A program made the position numbers and the translations under genes. From Eledone cirrhosa (Eukaryota): 64,000 bases of DNA. The notes beneath the pieces are model-generated. The model worked only from the letters and a program-made list of their open reading frames with translations, was not told the origin of the DNA and did no database searches. How positions within the stretch are numbered: position 1 is the stretch's first letter; each line of letters begins with the position of its first letter. The stretch lies in contig OZ024742.1 in the NCBI GenBank assembly GCA_964016885.1, forward strand, positions 251,658,001-251,722,000, in the 5' to 3' direction. Positions 55,336 to 64,000 of the stretch are shown here, piece after piece.

Positions 55336-55384
55336 TTGCTCCGAAGAATCCAAACCTCGGTTTGGAGGAAACAATTGTAAGCAA
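55336..55384 (+). ncRNA. Minimal type I hammerhead ribozyme with palindromic stem III
   Basis: UUGCU-CCGAAGA-A[UCCAAAC CUCG GUUUGGA]G-GAA-ACAAUUGU-A|AGCAA; U4>C core variant. Confidence 0.8.
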
Positions 55385-55639
55385 ATAAATGATTTAAACT
55401 GAACTTTGATTATTGTAATCTCTATATAACTGTTCTGTAAAACAACCGATGTTATTACATTGAGCTATTTATCTTACTGGTAATATGATAGTAATGAATG
55501 ACTATCTTTCACTATTTGGGGTTTGTATAAAAAAGATATATAACCATAAAAGGTTTTATTATATACATAACCATAAATAGTATCCTTAATACTAATAACT
55601 GCTCCATATTGTTGAGCTGATATACAATAAATTACCAGC

Positions 55640-57017
55640 ATGCTGATCAAAGACCAACTCCCTATGTCAACCAAGAACATACCTACACCACCCAGAAATA
55701 CATATGAAAAGTTATTGATCGTCAGTGTAAACTCCTTTATCAATAGAGTGAGATGGAGGACATTCCATTATGATAAAAACAAATCTAGCAAGGTTAATAA
55801 TTGTTTCTACTTTAGGCACAAGGCCAGCAATTACCCAGTACATTACCGGTACTTTATTTTATCGATCCCGTAAGGATGAAAGGCAAAGTTAACCTCGGCG
55901 GGATTTGAACTCAGACTGTAAAGGGACGTAACTATGCTAGAAAGCATGGCGTCCAACCCTCTACCGATACTGCCAATTCACCGCCCTTAGCAAGGTTAAT
56001 AATACCAACAAATTTGACTCCTTCGGCTTTAAAACCTTTAGAAGCCCCCCTCATAACACACTACTAAACCCCTTCGAAAATGAGCTAATAAAACTAGCTA
56101 AGAATATTAAATACAAAAAACGCCGTAATAAAAACAACACCTTCTTAAACAATCTTAGCACCTCTATTAATGATTTCAAAACTAGTAGTAAAATTTTTGT
56201 ACATGCGGACAAAACTAATAACATATACAGCCTAGATTATAATACATATAGAAAGTTTATATATAATGAACTACATAAAAGCTACAAGAAAACCACTATA
56301 AAAAATTTAGAAGATATTAATATGGAAGGCTATAATATAGTATCCAAACTAGGGCTCCAGAGACATACACAACCATATACCCCAAACCCCCCTAGATTCT
56401 CGCTGAAGGACCATAAGGAGGACTTCATTAGCAACCCTTCGATTAGACTCATCTGCCCCTCCAAGTCTGACATTGGCATTATCAGTAAAAAAATTCTAGA
56501 TAAAATCATCCCACAGATTAAGCACAAGATTTACCTTAAACAATGGGGAAATACGGGTGAAGTGATTGAATGGTTCAAAGATATCAAAGATAACAAGGAT
56601 AAAAAATTTATTCAATTTGATATCAATTCTTACTACACCTCTATTTCCCCTATCCTATTAAATAAGGCACTTATAATGGCCATGGACAATAGTGACCTGA
56701 CTAGACCCCAGATTGATGTCATACTTGCGGCCCGTAAAACACTAATCACCTTTGAAGACCAATTATGGACCCGCAAGGATACGCAAAACAACTTCGACAT
56801 TACCATGGGGTCTAGTGACTCGGCGCAGGTCACTGATTTAGTCGGCCTATATTTACTTAACCAAATCCATAAGGACCTTCCTTACCTCAACGGTGGTTTG
56901 TATCGCGACGATGCACTTCTACTTATAGATTATAAAAAATTCAATATAGAAAGAACTAGAAAACTATTGCACAAAACATTCAAAAACTATAACCTTAGTA
57001 TTACCATGGACAAAAAT
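55640..57017 (+). pseudogene. PLE N-terminal half (RT) interrupted by a SINE and 3'-truncated
   Basis: STKNIPTP...FINRVRW, HADKTNNIY, FSLKDHKEDF, QFDINSYYTSI, MGSSDSAQVTDLVG, GLYRDD. Removing the SINE plus one TSD (202 nt) restores one open frame. Confidence 0.9.
55802..55987 (-). mobile_element. Meta-domain-like tRNA SINE inserted in the PLE ORF, 16-bp TSD
   Basis: TSD tagcaaggttaataat at 55786-55801 and 55988-56003; B box GAGTTCAAATCC; TTTGCCTTTCATCCTTACGGG.TCGATAAAATAAAGTACC domain. Confidence 0.88.
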
Positions 57018-57198
57018 ATTATTGTAATCTCTATATAACTGCTCTGTAAAACAACCGATGTTATTCCATTGAGCTATTTATCTTACTGGTAATAAGATAG
57101 TAATGAATGACTATCTTTCACTATTTGGGGTTTGTATAAAAAAGATATATAACCATAAAAGGTTTTATTATATACATAACCATAAATAGTATCCTTAA

Positions 57199-57239
<41 letters not shown>

Positions 57240-57254
57240 TGTGTGTGTGTGTGT

Positions 57255-57524
57255 ATAATAATAAAGAAGAAAGACGGTATCACTTGACATCCCTATTTAT
57301 TTTATTATATTTATTTCGAAGACATATGTCATTTGTATAATATCTGCCCTACGTGTTTTCTTCCAACAAAAATCCATGCAAGATGTAAATATCCATTGAT
57401 ATGAGATATTCGTTGATATCCGTTGATATGAGAACACGTAGGGCAGATGTTATACAAATGAAATACGCATAATAAAATAAATAGGGATGAGCAAATGATA
57501 CCGTCTTTCTTGTTTATTATTATA
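57255..57524. repeat. Fold-back element, ~100-bp imperfect inverted arms
   Basis: aagaaagacggtatca...ctgccctacgtgtt mirrored by aacacgtagggcag...tgataccgtctttctt. Confidence 0.7.
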
Positions 57525-58000
57525 ACCCGCCGAGGTTAACTTTGCCTTTCATCCTTATGGGGTCGATAAAATAAAGTACCAGTAATACACTGGATAATTT
57601 GCTGGCCTTGTGCCAAAGTAGAAACAATTATTATAATAAAACTCCGGATAAACATAAACTGTTGAGTGTTTGTCATCTCTTGTCGGCAGATTTTCAATCA
57701 ACCAACTTTACTTAGTTGAATGTATGTATATATATATACGTATATTTTCTTTAATATTGCAACATTAAAGGAATATATCATTCTGAAAGAATCGCGAGCA
57801 ATTTATAATGTTATTTAAGCATTGGTAATGTTATTTATGTATATATTTAAAACATATTTGCTATGTTATTCTACTGTAAATTTATTTATATGCTTTGTAT
57901 ATATTATATATACACAAATAATGAATCTGTATATTAAAACATCGTTTGTATTATTCAATCAGTTTATTGAACAACTAGAATGCTCATCGTCAAGTACTTT

Positions 58001-58029
<29 letters not shown>

Positions 58030-58033
<4 letters not shown>

Positions 58034-59101
58034 GTATAAAAATCAATACAATATAATTACCTCATTACCAGAGTTTCCCGAATGAGGCGAATACGAAATA
58101 AACGACTTCATTCGTTCGTCAGACGAGGCAATATAAAACATGGGCAAATACTTAGAAAAACACATCAAGAAAATCAAAAAAAGATATAGATAAATGAAAT
58201 AGAAATTGAAATATATAAAAATCTATCAAGAAATATAGTTAGGTGTGTGTATATGTATGTATATACGCTCACAGATGTGCATATATGTATATGTGTACAT
58301 GTATATGTATAGTGAGAAAGTGTGCGTAATTCTAAAATAGGGCAAATGTATCTATATGTCTGTATTATACAGACAGAAATGGTTACATCGTAAATATATG
58401 AATATGAAGGCGCGCGCATAAAACGCCTGGACACTCGTACGCTTAGGTGCGGAAAGAAAGGAGGTAAGGGAGTGTAATAATTAAAAGAAAAGTATCAGTC
58501 TCGATATATTTATAAAAATATAATAACGATAAATTAGAAAGAAAAAATTAAAGAAAAAAAAAAGGGGGGGGTATATACATACACAGACACGCGTGTCTCA
58601 CAAAAGAAATGTAAAAATAATTATGCTTATATAAACACGCGCACTTACACTTCCATACGTTCGATACGTACATACACACACACACACACACATACCTATA
58701 CTCACGCATATAAACCTGTTTGCATGCCAACGTATGAAACTGAGTAAGTAAAAAAAGGAAGACGGAGGGGGAGAAGAAAAAAGGAACAAAACATAAAACC
58801 GAGATGTCAAAAATACGGATATAAAGACACGTACACATACGCATAATATATACATACACACACACACAAACACCTGTACACACACACACATATACACATA
58901 CACATATACATATACATACACACACATACACACACGCACGCGCGCGCACATACGTAGTCACTCATGTACATATATAAAAAGTATACACACATTAAGGCGT
59001 TCAGCCATATTGAAATGTGGATAAATAAGTACAAATATAAAATTGTAAGATAGGCTGCGCAAAAATAAAATAAAAATGAAAATATCTGGATTGAAAAACA
59101 C
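58030..59101 (-). repeat. Left inverted pLTR (reverse complement of 61141-62212)
   Basis: Base-by-base reverse complementarity; the mirrored ORFs 58174..58434(-) and 61807..62067(+) are near-identical. Confidence 0.93.
58056..58132 (-). ncRNA. Minimal type I hammerhead ribozyme (intact core)
   Basis: AUUGCCUCGU-CUGACGA-A[CGAAUGA...UCAUUCG]G-GAA-AC(UCUG)GU-A|AUGAGGUAAU: 10-bp stem I, GUA cleavage triplet. Confidence 0.85.
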
Positions 59102-60935
59102 TTTCAAATCTTCTAATAATAAGTTCATCTTCTCAGATAAAACTAAAAACCTATACGAAGTTAATAATAATTTACACGACCAACTATTAATAGATAATAT
59201 CACCTCTAAATACCAAATAGCTAATATAAATACGTACCATAATATAAATAAGGAAGCTAAAGAATTAGCTGTTTCTTTAAAAATAGATAATAGGACAGAA
59301 AAACTTGCTAAACGTTCTGCGTATATCACCCTTAAAGATCATAAACCCGACTTTATTAATCGCCCTAGTTGTAGATTAATCAACCCTGCTAAGACTGATA
59401 TTGGTCTTGCCAGCAAAAAATTTTTAAATAAATTAAATACACACATTAGAAGTAAGTCTAAATTACTCCAATGGATAAATACCTCTTCCGTAGTACATTG
59501 GTTTATAATATTAAAAACAAAATCAGTTCTAGATTCACCCAATTTGACATCGTAGATTTATACCCATCTATTACTCAGACCCTTTTAGTGAAAGCTTTAA
59601 ATTTCGCTAGAGGGTTCACTAATATCTCCGATATTGAAGAGGATGTCATCTTGCATGCTAGGAACACTCTACTTTTTAATGATAATGACACTTGGGTAAA
59701 AATATCTAACCCAGAGAACCCATTCGATGTCTCAATGGGCTCTTATGACAGTGCCGAGGTTTGTGATCTGGTCGGCCTATTCCGCTTACATACACTTAAA
59801 GAAAAATTTCCTAACCATATTTTTGGGCTTTATCGCGATGATGGTCTAATACTTTCCCATACCACCATAGGCCATAACTTAGATAGATTAAGGAAAGACT
59901 TAATAAAAACCTTCGCTAGTTTTAATCTTAAAATTACTATTGACACTAACCTTTCCAACGTAGATTTCCTAGATATAAACCTAGATTTGCCTACTGCTTC
60001 TTATAAACCATACCATAAACCTAATGAAAACTTAAAATATATAAATAAAGGATCTTGCCATCCACCTATAGTTTTTAAAAACCTTATCCCCAATATTAGC
60101 CGTAGGATCTCCACCCTCTCTTCCTCAGAAGCTATTTTTAATAAGGCATCCCCCTACTATAATAAAGCCCTCCAAAATAGCGGCTTTAGCGAACCGATTA
60201 AATACATACCTAACTACACTAACTCTATTAAACATAAAAATAGGAAAAGAAAAATAATCTGGTTCACACCCCCCTACTCTCTAGCAGTTAAAACTAATGT
60301 AGGCAAAAAATTCCTAGAACTCCTAGATAAACATTTCCCTAGAACACATAGATACTATAAGATCTTTAACAGAAACTGTGTTAAAATTAGCTATTCCTGC
60401 GGTCCCCCTATTAAGTCCTATATCCTCAACAAAATATCACCTAAAGAAAAATCAAACTTGCTCCTGTAGAATCAAAAGTGAATGCCCATTACAAGGTAAA
60501 TGCAACACTAAAGCTATTGTATATGCGGATAAAGTGACAACCATCAGCAACAACCATCCAGCTACCAATGAACGATATGTGGGTATGACGCAAGACAGAT
60601 TCAAAACGCGTTATTACTCACATGTCGCATCCTTTCGACATCCAGAAAAAAGATTTACAACAGCTCTGGCTAGCAGAATTTGGGATTTGAAAGACCAAGG
60701 CATCCAATATAAACTAGATTGGTCAATTTTGAACCAATCTAAAAAATATGCTAGAGGAACAAGAAAATGCACGCTCTGCATAAATGAAAAATTTTGGATA
60801 TTGCAAAATCTTAAATCACCAAAGACCTGCCTGAACACAAAGACGGAAATTTTCACCAGTTGCCCACACATGAAATCACACCTGCTTTCCAGCTCATATA
60901 AACTTAACACACTTTCAGATACTTATCCTCCATAA
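59102..60935 (+). pseudogene. PLE reverse transcriptase + GIY-YIG endonuclease, 5'-truncated, two frameshifts (~59505, ~60445)
   Basis: Three overlapping ORFs (59076..59555, 59471..60469, 60378..60935) join into a contiguous RT-thumb-Cys linker-GIY-YIG protein. Confidence 0.9.
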
Positions 60936-61140
60936 ACTCTTATTTTTCTCTTTTTAATTACCCTTTCTGACTTACTTTCATTTTTATCCTTGTCAATAAT
61001 TTCATTTATTTTCACTTTTATTTATTTTTACTTCACCCCCCCCCCCCCTTTATTCTCCGATCCACTTCCTATTTTCTATTTTTTACTTCCCCTTCTTTTA
61101 CTTCCCTTTTTCCTCCACTAACTGATTACACTTGTCTTTT

Positions 61141-62212
61141 GTGTTTTTCAATCCAGATATTTTCATTTTTATTTTATTACAATTTTATATTTGTACTTAT
61201 TTATCCACATTTCAATATGGCTGAACGCCTTAATGTGTGTATACTTTTTATATATGTACATGAGTGACTACGTATGTGCGCGCGCGTGCGTGCGTGTGTG
61301 TATGTGTGTGTATGTATATGTATATGTGTATGTGTATATGTGTGTGTGTGTACAGGTGTTTGTGTGTGTGTGTATGTATATATTATGCGTATGTGTACGT
61401 GTCTTTATATCCGTGTTTTTGACATCTCGGTTTTATGTTTTGTTCATTTTTTCTTCTCCCCCTCCGTCTTCCTTTTTTTACTTACTCAGTTTCATACGTG
61501 GGCATGCAAACAGGTTTATATGCGTGAGTATAGGTATGTGTGTGTATGTGTGTGTATGTACGTATCGAACGTATGGAAGTGTAAGTGCGCGTGTTTATAT
61601 AAGCATAATTATTTTTACATTTCCTTTGTGAGACACGCGTGTCTGTGTATGTATATACCCCCCCTTTTTTTTTCTTTTTTTTTTTTTCTTTAATTTTTTC
61701 TTTCTAATTTATCGTTATTATATTTTTATAAATATATCGAGACTGATACTTTTCTTTTAATTATTACACTCCCTTACCTCCTTTCTTTCCGCACCTAAGC
61801 GTACGAGTGTCCAGGCGTTTTATGCGCGCGCCTTCATATTCATATATTTACGATGTAACCATTTCTGTCTGTATAATACAGACATATAGATACATTTGCC
61901 CTATTTTAGAATTACGCACACTTTTTCACTATACATATGCATGTACACATATACATATATGCACATCTGTGAGCGTATATACATACATATACACACACCA
62001 AACTATATTTCTTGATAGATTTTTATATATTTCAATTTCTATTTCATTTATCTATATCTTTTTTTGATTTTCTTGATGTGTTTTTCTAAGTATTTGCCCA
62101 TGTTTTATATTGCCTCGTCTGACGAACGAATGAAGTCGTTTATTTCGTATTCGTCTCATTCGGGAAACCTCTGGAAATGAGGTAATTATATTGTATTGAT
62201 TTTTATACATTA
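61141..62212 (+). repeat. 3' pLTR of the Naiad-type PLE (arm of ~1.07-kb inverted repeat)
   Basis: Reverse complement of 58030-59101; contains the HHR motif. Confidence 0.93.
62109..62186 (+). ncRNA. Hammerhead ribozyme copy with damaged core (U16.1>A, extra C in stem III)
   Basis: Same fold as 58056-58132, but reads GAAACCUCUGGAA instead of GAAACUCUGGUA. Confidence 0.7.
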
Positions 62213-62286
62213 AATTTTGCTCGGATACTTACATAGAGCACTCTTCATTTCTATGACCTTTTCTGTTTCCAACGGAAATTTCAATA

Positions 62287-62352
<66 letters not shown>

Positions 62353-62818
62353 AATCTATATATATGTATGTATATGTGTGTATGTATATATATGTGTGTA
62401 TGCATATATATGTGTGTGTATGCATATATGTGTGTGTATGCATATGTGTGTGTGTGTATGTATATATATATATATGTGTGTATGCATATATGTGTGTGTA
62501 TGTATATATATGTGTGTATGTATATATATGTATATATATATATATATGAAGATAAATTAACGAGCCATAGAGTCGCGTTATTCCTTGTAAATTATGTGCT
62601 CAAAGGGAAAGGAATCCTATACATATTGTATATGTATATATTATATGCATGTATATATATGTATACGTGTATATATATGCATGTATATGTTTATTTGTAT
62701 ATATGTATATGTGTGTATGTATGTATATATATGAATGTATATACATATATATATGTATGTGTATATATATATAGTTGTAATCTAAATTTTATAGATATAA
62801 TCTGAATAGTATGGTAGA

Positions 62819-63249
62819 ATATTAAGTGTTAAATGTTAATTGAACAAGTACTTTCATGCTTTCGCAATCTTCAGGTTCATATTCTGTGGTGACAGTCAAG
62901 TTTAAAATTTTCAACTGTAATGAGATGGGTAAATTTTGTGCCTTATATACAGTGAAAAGCGGCTACAGAATGCTAAATTTTGCAAACTGTATTTCGACCA
63001 ATTGGTGTGTAGTTTCACTGGATTACTGAGGCTGATTGGTTTAGGCGTCATGGTTGGTTGAGCATGTCTAACGACTTCTATTTGGCTCTATCCAAAGTAT
63101 CAATTGTTTTGCTATTTTTAGAAATGATGTAAATAACATTTTCTAGGGTTTTTATACCCCTAAGAATTATTATTGTTCAGTTAGCTATGACCTGAAGATT
63201 GCGAAAGCATGACATTACTTGTTCAATTAACGCTTAACACTTAATACTA
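62819..63249 (-). mobile_element. pLTR-only PLE remnant with CCAAT/TATA promoter and HHR, plus inverted partial copy
   Basis: Inverted arms ~62819-62882 / 63186-63249. Minus-strand CCAAT (63035-39, 63001-05) and TATATAA (62943-49) lie upstream of the HHR. Confidence 0.7.
62841..62879 (-). ncRNA. Minimal type I hammerhead ribozyme with palindromic stem III
   Basis: UGAAC-CUGAAGA-U[UGC GAAA GCA]U-GAA-AGUACU-U|GUUCA. The plus-strand copy at 63188-63225 is damaged (GACAUUACU). Confidence 0.78.
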
Positions 63250-63596
63250 TTTCATTCTAATACCATTATAATTTTAAAGGATTGTAAATAAAACGAGTAA
63301 ATCAGACAAAGTTGGAATTCCTTTTATTAATATAATCTTCTATACACAATCATACACACCCGTGTATATTTATTTATATATATATATGTATATATATATA
63401 TAGCTTTTAAGTTATTTTGTAGTATCTCTGTTCAGGAACACACCACTTATATTAAATTTATCTCCCTGGAGCTTTGTAAAAGTCTGAGAGATTGGCTACA
63501 TATATGTTTTATATATATTTTTTTTGTTTAGATGGAAGACAAAACAAAGAAGATGAATACAAAGATGAAGAAGAGAAAGATAAAGATGAAGAACCT

Positions 63597-63945
63597 CACT
63601 GCACAACACTACACTGCACCACACCGCACTGCACCACACCACATCAAAGTGCACCGCACCACATCACACCACACTTCACCACACCACATAAAAACATGCA
63701 ACACTACACCACACTACTCCACACCACAACACAACACAACACACCACTCCACACCACAACACAACACACCACTCATCACTACAACACACCACACTACTCC
63801 ACATAAAAACACACCATACTACTCCACACCACATAACACCACAACACAACACACCACACCTCACTACATCACACCACATAAAAACACACCTCACTATATC
63901 ACACCACATAAAAACACACCACACTACTCCACACCACACAACACC
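63597..63945. repeat. (CACCA/CACTA)-type pentamer repeat
   Basis: Direct inspection. Confidence 0.9.
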
Positions 63946-64000
63946 CAAAATTTTTTCCTCATCTTTTTTTCATGTGTTATCAACTAATCTGATCTCCAAG

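Larger units (their letters stand above)
58030..62290 (+). mobile_element. Naiad-type Penelope-like retroelement: inverted pLTR + 5'-truncated RT/GIY-YIG ORF + 3' pLTR
   Basis: ORFs 59076-60935 encode SDKT, ITLKDHKPDF..P.CRLINP, QFDIVDLYPSI, MGSYDSAEVCDLVG, GLYRDDGL, CSCx5CPLQGKC, AIVY...YVG and CTLC...LN..E...CPH. About 1.07-kb inverted repeats at 58030-59101 and 61141-62212. (TA)n on both sides. Confidence 0.92.

Noticed and set aside
53995-60935. Selenocysteine recoding, reported for some Naiad PLEs
   Set aside because: The conserved Cys positions use TGC/TGT in both elements. The reading-frame breaks are frameshifts or insertions, not in-frame TGA, and no SECIS was recognised.
58030-62212. 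DNA transposon with 1-kb TIRs
   Set aside because: The internal ORF is RT + GIY-YIG, and the arms are HHR-bearing pLTRs rather than transposase TIRs.
63532-63987. Coding exon after a good acceptor site
   Set aside because: A short acidic or basic stretch runs into a pentamer repeat with no recognisable domain; kept only as a possible acceptor.

Overview
This is AT-rich, microsatellite-dense animal DNA, most likely octopus/coleoid cephalopod. That assignment is an inference from the (TA)n density, the CORE- and Meta-domain SINEs, the RTE LINEs and a lone poly-C2H2 gene. Two host genes are well supported. One is six coding exons of an ELOVL1/7-type fatty-acid elongase (+, 793-32194, first coding exon outside the window, one 21.7-kb intron). 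The other is a 20-finger C2H2 zinc-finger gene with a single coding exon (-, 45539-47347). A probable bidirectional promoter lies near 49.8 kb. The rest is mostly mobile DNA: RTE LINE fragments, two tRNA-SINE families, TTAA (piggyBac-type) MITEs, a CRE-clade remnant and many Penelope-like element (PLE) derivatives. The main hidden signal is about ten minimal type I hammerhead ribozyme (HHR) motifs from at least seven sequence families, folded by hand. They occur in two young Naiad-type PLEs with inverted pseudo-LTRs (52.1-57.2 kb and 58.0-62.3 kb), in a non-coding terminally redundant ~462-bp retrozyme-like unit (2.17-2.87 kb) and in fold-back palindromes. They share a mismatch at the base of stem II, and intact copies lie mostly antisense to the host transcripts. 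No searches or folding programs were run. The long HT/YI/VC ORFs in the track are microsatellite artefacts.
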